Of a DNA stretch of 64,000 nucleotides, positions 8,565 through 17,057 are shown in pieces. This DNA comes from an uncultured Oscillospiraceae bacterium (GTDB lineage: Bacteria; Bacillota; Clostridia; Oscillospirales; Ruminococcaceae). Location of the stretch: positions 982-64,981 of the forward strand of contig CAYJJR010000001.1 in assembly GCA_964370565.1 (NCBI GenBank), in the 5' to 3' direction. The position numbers and the translations under genes were made by a program. Positions within the stretch are counted from its first letter, which is position 1. Each line of letters opens with the position of its first letter. The notes under the pieces are model-generated. The model had not been told where the DNA came from. It did not search any database and worked only from the letters and a program-made list of their open reading frames with translations.

Positions 8565-9671
8565 CTAGCTGTTTTTTATCTGTATGAATTTTGAAGTCGT
8601 CACAAACTCCCTTAAAAGTACATGATCGGGAGGTTCGTTTTCAAACACTTTTTTTGCACAACTCTCAAACGTCGGAAGATCCCAGATTAGAAGATCTATA
8701 TAGCTGTGATAAAGTCCCGTTGCTCCGCCGATGTTTGTAAATACATTCGGTCCGCAAGCATCGAGAAGTTTTTGATAGATACTTTCTCGGTATTCAAAAA
8801 TTGCGCCGTTGTCTTTTTGTCCTTGCTTTTTCAAAAAAATATGATTGTATCCTAAAAATCCGGCATAGACACCGTTGTTCATATAGGACAAAACGGAATA
8901 GTTTTTTTTGTTTAAGTAGTCGTCAATAAGTTCAAAAAAAGCGGTTGAGCCGACAAAAACATCCTCGCGAAATTTGCAGTTTTCGCTTACATCGGGTTTG
9001 GTCTCATACACCGTATAGTTGAAACTGTCCGAGTTTTCTAGGTTTATGGTATAGTTTTGGTCTATTCCGTATTCCTTTAAAACCGCGGAAAACGCATTAA
9101 GTTTTGTACAAGACATCTTTTTTTGGGGTTTTGAAACAACGTTAAAGTCTTTGATACACTCAGAGGTTATAACCTCGCCTATGCTTGAAGTTAGCATGAC
9201 GCTTAAAACATGGCTGACGGCGTCAAAATCTTTTTTTATAAGCTTATTAAGTTTTTTGCAGTACAAAGCAACGTCGAATTTTTTTTCGCTTTCGGTATAG
9301 TATACGTCGACTTCTGAGGGGGAAACCGAGAGGTCGCGCATTTTTAAAATATAATCTTGGTCGCCTGCTGCGGACCGCCCAATCGAAAAGTTCCATACAT
9401 CTTCTGTTTCTTTTGGTTTAAACTGTACCAAAAAAGCTATTAGCATCAAAACAGAACGGTTGCCATCGGCAGAAAAACAAAGTTCATATCTTTGGTCTTC
9501 AATTTTGAAACATTCAAACATCAAACCATCTATAGGGAAGATTTTACTCAAAAGAGTAAAAATACTTTCATAGTGGTCGCCGCGGTCTACCATATCGCGC
9601 AGGGTGTTTTCGTTTTTTGTAAAATCATCCCAAGCTGTTTTGACTATATTTTTGTAAACTAATTTAGCCAT
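8565..9671 (-). CDS. Hypothetical cytoplasmic protein
   Basis: 368-aa ORF with GGAGGAAAC immediately upstream of the ATG on the minus strand. No transmembrane segment, signal peptide or motif that I recognise. Confidence 0.6.
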   Translation of the reverse strand: MAKLVYKNIVKTAWDDFTKNENTLRDMVDRGDHYESIFTLLSKIFPIDGLMFECFKIEDQRYELCFSADGNRSVLMLIAFLVQFKPKETEDVWNFSIGRSAAGDQDYILKMRDLSVSPSEVDVYYTESEKKFDVALYCKKLNKLIKKDFDAVSHVLSVMLTSSIGEVITSECIKDFNVVSKPQKKMSCTKLNAFSAVLKEYGIDQNYTINLENSDSFNYTVYETKPDVSENCKFREDVFVGSTAFFELIDDYLNKKNYSVLSYMNNGVYAGFLGYNHIFLKKQGQKDNGAIFEYRESIYQKLLDACGPNVFTNIGGATGLYHSYIDLLIWDLPTFESCAKKVFENEPPDHVLLREFVTTSKFIQIKNS

Positions 9672-9848
9672 ACGAGTTTCCTCCTTTTTGAAAAGTGGTT
9701 TAGATTATTATACTTACTAACCGATTAAAAGTCTAGAGGGTTAAAGGGATTACAAGTATTGCTCTCATATGATGAGACTAATACGATTAAGCAAAACGAG
9801 CAACCACAAATGGTCGCCCGTGCTTATCTTTAAATGTTGACACAAAGG

Positions 9849-10541
9849 CTATTTAAGAAGATTACCGATAAGCCCGCCTATAAGATCTGCGGTGTCGTTT
9901 TTGCCGTCGTCCTTGCCATCGGCATTGCCATTGGCGTTACCTCCAAGAAGGCTTCCGACTATGTCGCCTAACATTCCGTTGTCATCTTTTTTTGCGTTGC
10001 TTGAGTTGTCGTCCGAGCCGCCGAGAAGACCGCCGACGATATTCCCGAGCAGACCGCCGGAAGATGAACCGCTTCCCGTTAAAAGTCCGCCGAGCATTGA
10101 AGAAAGATCGTTTCCTTCATCTTTTTTGTTTCCACCTAAAAGGTTAGAAGCGACGAGCGACAAAAGCATTGGCGCAAGATAGGCAAGAACAGACGACACA
10201 TCACTTTTTGAAGCACCGGATTTTTTCGCGATAGTTGCTATGGCGTTGTCTTCGTTTTTGCCGAGAATTTTATGTATTATGTTCTCTCCGTCTTTAACAT
10301 CGATGTTGTCGATATTTCCGGAAATCTTATCGTTGTCTTTTTCGTGTTGCTCTAAAGCTTTTTGAAGCGCGTTAGCGCCCGAAGTTGTGGAGGAGTTTTT
10401 TGTCATTGCCGCAACCAACACAGGAACGGCGGAACTTAAAATGTCCTGAACTTGTCCTTCGCTTGCGTCAACCTTGTTGCTTATTTGTTTTGCGTTGTTT
10501 CCTTTTAAAACGGTGCCGAGTATCGAACCTAAACCTTCCAT
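9849..10541 (-). CDS. DUF937-like protein with Gly/Leu-rich low-complexity C-terminus
   Basis: 230 aa. The N-terminal half (GSILGTVL...QVQDILSSAVPVLVAAMTKN...ALQKALEQH) resembles DUF937. The C-terminal half carries GGLLG/GSLLGG repeats. Confidence 0.55.
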   Translation of the reverse strand: MEGLGSILGTVLKGNNAKQISNKVDASEGQVQDILSSAVPVLVAAMTKNSSTTSGANALQKALEQHEKDNDKISGNIDNIDVKDGENIIHKILGKNEDNAIATIAKKSGASKSDVSSVLAYLAPMLLSLVASNLLGGNKKDEGNDLSSMLGGLLTGSGSSSGGLLGNIVGGLLGGSDDNSSNAKKDDNGMLGDIVGSLLGGNANGNADGKDDGKNDTADLIGGLIGNLLK

Positions 10542-10668
10542 GTATATCTCTCCTGTTAAAAATTTTATGTGTTTAAGTATAGTTTATAGCTTGAGTTATT
10601 GCAACAAAAAGTATAAAAATATTTAAATACGACAGATAAATTTTGTTTTTTAGTTTTTATTAACGTTA

Positions 10669-10697
10669 TTGACGTTTTTAAACTAAAGCAATATAAT
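10669..10697 (+). promoter_or_regulatory. Candidate sigma-A promoter of serC-serA
   Basis: TTGACG (10669-10674), a 17-nt spacer, then TATAAT (10692-10697). Confidence 0.5.
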
Positions 10698-10792
10698 AAT
10701 AGTGGTATTAATACTAATTCATACATTTTGGTCTCGCGAAAAAACTATCGCAAGCGAAAAATTAAACAAAACAAGTTTGGGGATTTAAAAAG

Positions 10793-11878
10793 ATGTCTAG
10801 GGTTTTTAATTTCAGCGCAGGTCCTTCGGTTTTGCCGGAAAAAGTTTTGCAAACGGCACAAAAACAGATGCTTGAATATGGCACGAGCGGTCAATCGGTT
10901 CTAGAGATGAGCCATCGTTCAAAAGAATATCTCTCGATATTCGATGGTGCGATGAATTCGCTTCGGGAGGTTTTTTCAATCCCCGATAACTACAAAGTGT
11001 TGTTTTTGCAAGGCGGCGCGTCGTTACAGTTTAACATGATACCGCTTAACCTTATGACACAGTCGAAAAAAGCGGATTTTGTCGTATCGGGTCTTTGGGC
11101 AAGCAAGGCGCAAAAACAAGCGCTTGCATATGGACAGGCAGTTGAACTGGCGTCAAGTAAAGATAAGACATTTTCCTATATCCCAAAACTCGACAGCTCG
11201 GCGTTTAGTAAAGACGCGGATTATCTTCATATATGTTACAACAACACGATATACGGAACGTCTTTTAAACAAGTTCCCGAAACCGGAAACGTTCCGTTGG
11301 TTGCGGACATGAGCAGCTGTATATTGAGCGAGCCTACAGACATCTCGAAATTCGGGCTTATTTATGCCGGAGCACAAAAAAACATGGGTCCTGCCGGTTT
11401 AACCGTTGTCATAGTTCGCGAGGATCTTTTGGACAGAACTCCCGAAAACGTTCCGCCCATGCTTAACTACAAGGTTCAAGCAGAGAACGACTCGATGTTA
11501 AACACCCCTCCGACATATGCTATATATATCCTTTCGTTAGTTCTCGATTGGATAAAAAACGACATAGGTGGCCTTTCAAACATGAAATCACACAATGAGA
11601 AAAAAGCGGCGATTTTGTATGATTTCGTTGATCAAAGCAAACTTTTCAGCAACGTTGTTGAACCGTCTGATCGCTCGCTTATGAACATAACTTTTGTAAC
11701 GGGCAACGAAGAGATTGACAAAAAGTTTTGCAAACAAGCCGAAAGTAACGGGTTTATTAACCTTAAAGGACATCGTTCAGCCGGTGGTATGAGAGCTTCG
11801 GTTTACAACGCAATGCCTATCGAGGGCGTCAAAGCGCTTGTAGATTTTATGAATAAATTTGAAAAAGAAAACGGATAG
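10793..11878 (+). CDS. serC: Phosphoserine aminotransferase
   Basis: 361 aa. The N-terminal FNFSAGPSVLPEKVL and overall class-V aminotransferase layout are typical of SerC, and serA follows directly. Confidence 0.92.
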   Translation: MSRVFNFSAGPSVLPEKVLQTAQKQMLEYGTSGQSVLEMSHRSKEYLSIFDGAMNSLREVFSIPDNYKVLFLQGGASLQFNMIPLNLMTQSKKADFVVSGLWASKAQKQALAYGQAVELASSKDKTFSYIPKLDSSAFSKDADYLHICYNNTIYGTSFKQVPETGNVPLVADMSSCILSEPTDISKFGLIYAGAQKNMGPAGLTVVIVREDLLDRTPENVPPMLNYKVQAENDSMLNTPPTYAIYILSLVLDWIKNDIGGLSNMKSHNEKKAAILYDFVDQSKLFSNVVEPSDRSLMNITFVTGNEEIDKKFCKQAESNGFINLKGHRSAGGMRASVYNAMPIEGVKALVDFMNKFEKENG

Positions 11879-11889
11879 GATTAAATTTA

Positions 11890-13068
11890 ATGTTTAATAT
11901 TAAAATTCTTAACAATATAAGCAAAAGCGGAATCGAAAGATTACATGAAAATCTATACAACTGTTCCGAACAAACAGATTCGCCCGACGGAATAATTTTA
12001 AGAAGTGCCGATTTAAAAACAGCTCCAATCCCAAAAAATGTTGTAGCAATAGCGCGAGCCGGAGCGGGAGTTAACAATATTCCAATCGAAGAATGTACCG
12101 AAAAAGGCATATGTGTTTTTAACACTCCCGGGGCAAACGCAAACGGAGTTAAAGAACTTGTTATCGGCGCTATGTTTATGGCGGCGAGAAACATGTCCGA
12201 AGCAATTGATTGGATTAAAACAATTTCGGACAAAGGTGACGAAATTCCGAAACTTGTTGAAAAAGGAAAGTCTGCGTTTGTGGGTCCTGAACTTGCCGGA
12301 AAAAACCTCGGCATAATTGGCCTTGGGGCTATTGGTGTCGGTGTTGCAAACGCCGCCGTGGCGCTTGGAATGACGGTTTATGGATATGACCCGTATATCT
12401 CTGTTAACGCCGCTTGGGGTCTTTCGAGGGCGGTTAACCATTCAACCGACATAAACGAAATCTTTAAAAACTGCGATTATATAACAATTCATATACCCGA
12501 AACCGAGGCAACAAGAGGGTTTTACAACAAAGAAAGTCTTTTCAAGATGAAAGACGGGGTTAGGCTTTTGAACTTTGCGCGTGGCGGCCTTGCCAACACA
12601 AAGGATATCTTGGAAGCGGTTAGGGTTGGCAAAATTGCTTGCTATGTAACTGACTTTCCCGACAAAAATCTCGTTAATCAACGTGGTATAATAGCGATAC
12701 CGCATCTTGGCGCATCAACCCCCGAATCGGAGGAAAACTGTGCGTCTATGGCGGCAAGGGAACTTGCAAACTACCTTGAATGTGGTTCTATAGTAAACTC
12801 GGTTAACTTTCCCGACTGTGAACTTTTGCCGCCCGAACACCAAAGAATTACGATAATAAACAAAAATGTTCCGGGAATGCTTGCCGCTATAACCTCGATT
12901 GCGACTAACCTTTCTATAAATATCGACAACCTTGTAAACAAAACGGGTAAAGACAACTCGGTCGCATACACTGTTTTGGATGTCAACACAGATTGTTCGG
13001 GGGAACTGGAAGAGGCACTTAAAGCTGTTGAAGGAGTAATTAGAGTTAGAACAATCGGCGGTCTATAA
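11890..13068 (+). CDS. serA: D-3-phosphoglycerate dehydrogenase
   Basis: 392 aa D-2-hydroxyacid dehydrogenase with an NAD-binding GIIGLGAIGVGVA motif and a C-terminal ACT-like segment. Adjacent to serC. Confidence 0.9.
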   Translation: MFNIKILNNISKSGIERLHENLYNCSEQTDSPDGIILRSADLKTAPIPKNVVAIARAGAGVNNIPIEECTEKGICVFNTPGANANGVKELVIGAMFMAARNMSEAIDWIKTISDKGDEIPKLVEKGKSAFVGPELAGKNLGIIGLGAIGVGVANAAVALGMTVYGYDPYISVNAAWGLSRAVNHSTDINEIFKNCDYITIHIPETEATRGFYNKESLFKMKDGVRLLNFARGGLANTKDILEAVRVGKIACYVTDFPDKNLVNQRGIIAIPHLGASTPESEENCASMAARELANYLECGSIVNSVNFPDCELLPPEHQRITIINKNVPGMLAAITSIATNLSINIDNLVNKTGKDNSVAYTVLDVNTDCSGELEEALKAVEGVIRVRTIGGL

Positions 13069-13079
13069 AATCAATAAAA

Positions 13080-13118
13080 TAGCGAAGCTTTTGCATAGTA
13101 ACGCATAAGCTTCGCTTT
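13080..13118. terminator. Hairpin between convergent serA and a small ORF
   Basis: agcgaagctt...aagcttcgct forms a 10-bp stem followed by ttgg. The loop is rather large. Confidence 0.55.
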
Positions 13119-13122
13119 GGAA

Positions 13123-13326
13123 TTAAAGAGATTTGACAAAATGTTCGGCGGTGTCGACAAATTCGACAAGGTTTGATACTTTGGCTTTGAGAAACTTTTT
13201 TAAGTTGACTTTGGTTTTTCGGTTAATTCCGCTAGCTCCGCCAACGGCAAGGCCGACAACAGAACCAACTGCGGCACCGACCAAAACGTTTCCCATAACC
13301 GTTTTGCTTTTAACACAACATTTCAT
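13123..13326 (-). CDS. Small glycine-zipper membrane protein (hypothetical)
   Basis: MKCCVKSKTVMGNVLVGAAVGSVVGLAVGGASG... The start is chosen at the ATG preceded by AAAGGAA. The track ORF extends to a TTG at 13404. Confidence 0.35.
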   Translation of the reverse strand: MKCCVKSKTVMGNVLVGAAVGSVVGLAVGGASGINRKTKVNLKKFLKAKVSNLVEFVDTAEHFVKSL

Positions 13327-13473
13327 TTTTGAGGTATTCCTTTCGATGTTTTCGGCGATATCTACGCTACGGCATAGTACTACCTTGGAAATAGTGTTAC
13401 CCAAATTTTAATGTTTACTCAAAGATATAACAGCGCACATCTTTAAATTTTTATCAAAAGGAATGTTGGATAG

Positions 13474-14319
13474 ATGAAACAACCAAAGAGAGCTCTTGCA
13501 ATTCACGATATATCTTGTTTTGGAAGATGTTCCTTAACCGTTGCGCTCCCGATAATTTCGGCGGCGGGAATCGAATGTGCGGTTGTTCCAACCGCTTTGC
13601 TTTCGACACACACGGGTGGTTTTGAGGGGTTTACAAAAAAAGATCTTACAAGCGAGATTATGCCGATAGCTAACCATTGGAAATCTCTTGATCTTAACTT
13701 CGACGTCATCTACACAGGGTATCTTGCGTCGGTTCAACAGGTCGAAAAGGTTGTTGAACTTGTAAAGATGTTTAAAACGGAAAATACAATTTTAATCGTC
13801 GACCCCGTTATGGCGGACAACGGAAAGCTGTATTCAAGTTTTGATAAGAAATTTCCGAGCGAAATGAAAAAACTTTGTTCGCTTGCTGATGTAATTATTC
13901 CGAACATAACCGAAGCCTCGCTTCTTGCGGATGTTAAATATAAAAATCTCCCCCACACCGAGAAATACATAAACGAGCTTTTAAAAAATCTTTATGAAAC
14001 GTTTGAAAAACGAATTGTGCTTACCGGAGTTTGTTTTGACAACAATTTTCTCGGAGCCGCGGTTTTGCAAAATGACGAACAGCCAACATACTGTTTCGGA
14101 GAGAGGATAAGCGGAAGCTATCACGGAACGGGGGATATCTTCGCTTCTAGCGTTGTTTGCGGAATAATGTCCGGAAAAAATCTTGTTCAAGCGTCTGAGA
14201 TAGCGGTTGAGTTCACAAGACATTGCATATCTTTAACATATAAAATGGGAACCGACCCGAAATATGGGGTTAGCTTTGAACTTGCTATCCCGAAATTATT
14301 ACAACTTTTAAACGATTAG
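13474..14319 (+). CDS. pdxK: Pyridoxal/pyridoxamine kinase
   Basis: 281 aa ribokinase-fold protein. The N-terminal ALAIHDISCFGRCSLTVALPIISA motif is typical of the PdxK/PdxY family. Confidence 0.85.
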   Translation: MKQPKRALAIHDISCFGRCSLTVALPIISAAGIECAVVPTALLSTHTGGFEGFTKKDLTSEIMPIANHWKSLDLNFDVIYTGYLASVQQVEKVVELVKMFKTENTILIVDPVMADNGKLYSSFDKKFPSEMKKLCSLADVIIPNITEASLLADVKYKNLPHTEKYINELLKNLYETFEKRIVLTGVCFDNNFLGAAVLQNDEQPTYCFGERISGSYHGTGDIFASSVVCGIMSGKNLVQASEIAVEFTRHCISLTYKMGTDPKYGVSFELAIPKLLQLLND

Positions 14320-14328
14320 AGAGATATT

Positions 14329-14826
14329 ATGCCGATAAACATTGTTATTTTTGAACCGCAAATACCCCAAAATACGGGAAACATCGCAAGGACGGCGGCG
14401 GCAACCAACAGTCGGTTACATCTTGTAGGGCCTATGGGTTTTACAATAGACGATAAAAAGCTAAAGCGAGCCGGACTTGATTATTGGTATTTGCTCGATA
14501 TAACATACTATAAAAACACCGAAGAATTTTTTGAAAAGAATAATGGACAGATGTTTTTTTTCTCGACAAAATCTCCTAAATACCACACAGAAGCAGAGTT
14601 TAGCGACGACTGTTATTTAATTTTTGGTCGAGAAGACAAAGGAATTAGCGAGGATATCCTTAATAAGAATGTCGAAAGATGCGTTAGAATTCCGATGTTT
14701 GATCAAGCGAGAAGCCTTAATCTTTCCAACGCTGTCGCAATCGGCGTCTATGAAGCGTTGCGACAAAATGATTACTTTAATCTTAAAACTATAGAAACCA
14801 AGATATTACATAATCCCAAAAGATAG
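14329..14826 (+). CDS. trmL: tRNA (cytidine/uridine-2'-O)-methyltransferase TrmL (SpoU/TrmH family)
   Basis: 165 aa. It has IVIFEPQIPQNTGNIARTAAA, the C-terminal SLNLSNAVAIGVYEALRQ trefoil-knot motifs, and the size typical of TrmL. Confidence 0.85.
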   Translation: MPINIVIFEPQIPQNTGNIARTAAATNSRLHLVGPMGFTIDDKKLKRAGLDYWYLLDITYYKNTEEFFEKNNGQMFFFSTKSPKYHTEAEFSDDCYLIFGREDKGISEDILNKNVERCVRIPMFDQARSLNLSNAVAIGVYEALRQNDYFNLKTIETKILHNPKR

Positions 14827-14843
14827 GAGCGCAAGGGACAAAG

Positions 14844-17057
14844 ATGATTAGCACCAAAAATAATGTTATAACGTCAACTGCCGGGACAAGAACGGTTGGG
14901 GGAAGAAATTCAGAAGTTTCAAAACTGGTTCCTGCCGGTTGTATAATGGCGGGGTTTAGTTCGTTTGATGCTGCGGTTGAGGGACAAAACCCGCTTGAAA
15001 AAGTAATAGGTGACATAGCTTATTTTAAGCTGGATAACGTGTCAAAGGGAGAAAAGATTTTTTCAACACCTTTTGACAAAACCGATTTTGAACAGGTGTC
15101 TCTTCCGCATTTTAAAAAAGACAGCCAACTTAAAAACGACGGCTCAAAGGCGTTGTTCTATGGGGTTGAGTTTGATTTTGACGGAAACAAGATAGGGTAT
15201 AACAGCGTCATAGCGCTTGAAGGTATCTTTGGAGTTGTCGACGTCTACATAAATGATGATCTTGTACAAACTATCGACGACGCGTACTACACAACCGAAA
15301 TTGTTATAACCGATTATGCTAAACGTGGCAAAAACACTCTTGGATTAAAAATATACAAAAGCGACCACCAAGTTATAGACAGGTTAACCGAGGGTTATCT
15401 CGGAATATACAGAAACATAATTTTGTCGTACAAATCGATAACTTCGATAAACGACATAGTAGTTACAACCGAAAAGCAGGGTGTTGACGGGGTTGTTACC
15501 GCCGATATAGTCTATTCGTCATATGCAAAAGAAGACCTCCAATATGGCGGGGAGATAGTTTTGTGTGTGTTGAAAAACGGCGAAACGGTCGCGAAGAAAA
15601 CTGTTGAGTTTAAACCGGCAAACAGGTTTTCTTATTCGTGTGAGCGGATGACTGTTTTGGTTGAAGACGCAAAGATGTGGTCGACTTCGACACCAAATCT
15701 ATATAGACTTATAGTGTCGTTGAAACCAAAACACCAGGCAGTTAGCGACGTTAAAGCGTTGAACTTTGGTTTTTCAAACTATAAAATTAAAGAGATAGAA
15801 CAAAAAAACAAGAAATGTTTGGTGACAACACACAATGATAAACGTTTTGTGTTTAAGGGCGGATACTTTAACCATTCGGATAATTTTGAATGTGATGTAA
15901 ACGCCACCGTTAACCAATTAAGAAAACTTAAAGAAAACGAGTTTAATTCTATAGTTATTGATAACGCAAGCGAACTCATGTTGACTATATGCGACCATAT
16001 AGGGATGTCTGTTGTTGTAAGAATTCCGTTAACCGTTCCGAAGTTTTCGGGGAAAAAAAGCCGTTTGACGGATAAAGCTACTCAACAAGCGCTTAAACGT
16101 GCCGCCGTTGCGGTTACCCAATTTAAAAACCACCCGTCTGTTTCAAGTTGGCTTGTAGACTCGGAAAACGAATTTTTTCACGCAACGCTTGGAAATATGG
16201 TTAAAACTATCGACGATTCAAGAATTATGATTATTAAAAACGATTTTTCGCTTGGGGTAAGCGACGTTGTCGCGGTTGGAACTATAAAACAAAACGAACT
16301 TGCTCGATATGGCGAGAGAAAACTTGTTAATATTTCAAAAGCCGGTGGACGGTTTAAATCAAACAGTTGGATAAGTTATTTTCCGCTTTTAGTGTTAAAT
16401 TTTTCAAAACAGGATATTGTACAAAGTTTTGAAAAGATATCGGGTTCATATAATATGTCGGGGGGATTTATAAGTGTTTTGCCCGTCAACATTTCCGACA
16501 TGGAAATTTGCAAAAGAGCTTTTTCAATGATGATGAGCCCTGCTCCGGAAAACAGGAAAATTAAAAAGAAGATAAAAAGACCAAATGAAAACTTGAGCAT
16601 TGTTGAAAGGATTAGAATCTTCTTTAATATAAACACAAAGAAAAAAAGCGAGCCCCTTAAAATGCAACCTGCAATCGAAATCGAACAAGTAAAACAACAA
16701 GACAACAACCAACAAACGGTTAAAAACGACGTAAAAGTTATGTCGCAAACCGACGCGACGGAAAGAGAAGAACGTCCAAATCAAGACAACCCACAACAGC
16801 TGCTTCAAGACGATATACAAAACGAGGCCGATGAGGGGACAAAAAAAGACGTTGTCGGCGAAAATGATAAACAAGAGCCGGAACAAGATTTAAAAACCGA
16901 ACCAAAACCTGTTCAAGACATTGTAGAGACTATAGAGCAAGCAAACGGATCGGAAAAAATGATTGAGCCAAAACAAAAAACAGACGAACCTCAAAAAGAA
17001 GATACAACAACTTATGAAACTACGGAAGCGGGGGACATTGTAGAAACAGTTGAATAG
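14844..17057 (+). CDS. Glycoside hydrolase family 2-like protein with divergent barrel and acidic/Gln-rich C-terminal tail
   Basis: 737 aa. The N-terminal jelly-roll pattern (ALEGIFGVVDVYINDDLV...GKNTLGLKIY...GIYRNIIL) and NHPSVSSW..SENE resemble GH2. There is no signal peptide, and the last about 170 aa are low complexity. Confidence 0.65.
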   Translation: MISTKNNVITSTAGTRTVGGRNSEVSKLVPAGCIMAGFSSFDAAVEGQNPLEKVIGDIAYFKLDNVSKGEKIFSTPFDKTDFEQVSLPHFKKDSQLKNDGSKALFYGVEFDFDGNKIGYNSVIALEGIFGVVDVYINDDLVQTIDDAYYTTEIVITDYAKRGKNTLGLKIYKSDHQVIDRLTEGYLGIYRNIILSYKSITSINDIVVTTEKQGVDGVVTADIVYSSYAKEDLQYGGEIVLCVLKNGETVAKKTVEFKPANRFSYSCERMTVLVEDAKMWSTSTPNLYRLIVSLKPKHQAVSDVKALNFGFSNYKIKEIEQKNKKCLVTTHNDKRFVFKGGYFNHSDNFECDVNATVNQLRKLKENEFNSIVIDNASELMLTICDHIGMSVVVRIPLTVPKFSGKKSRLTDKATQQALKRAAVAVTQFKNHPSVSSWLVDSENEFFHATLGNMVKTIDDSRIMIIKNDFSLGVSDVVAVGTIKQNELARYGERKLVNISKAGGRFKSNSWISYFPLLVLNFSKQDIVQSFEKISGSYNMSGGFISVLPVNISDMEICKRAFSMMMSPAPENRKIKKKIKRPNENLSIVERIRIFFNINTKKKSEPLKMQPAIEIEQVKQQDNNQQTVKNDVKVMSQTDATEREERPNQDNPQQLLQDDIQNEADEGTKKDVVGENDKQEPEQDLKTEPKPVQDIVETIEQANGSEKMIEPKQKTDEPQKEDTTTYETTEAGDIVETVE

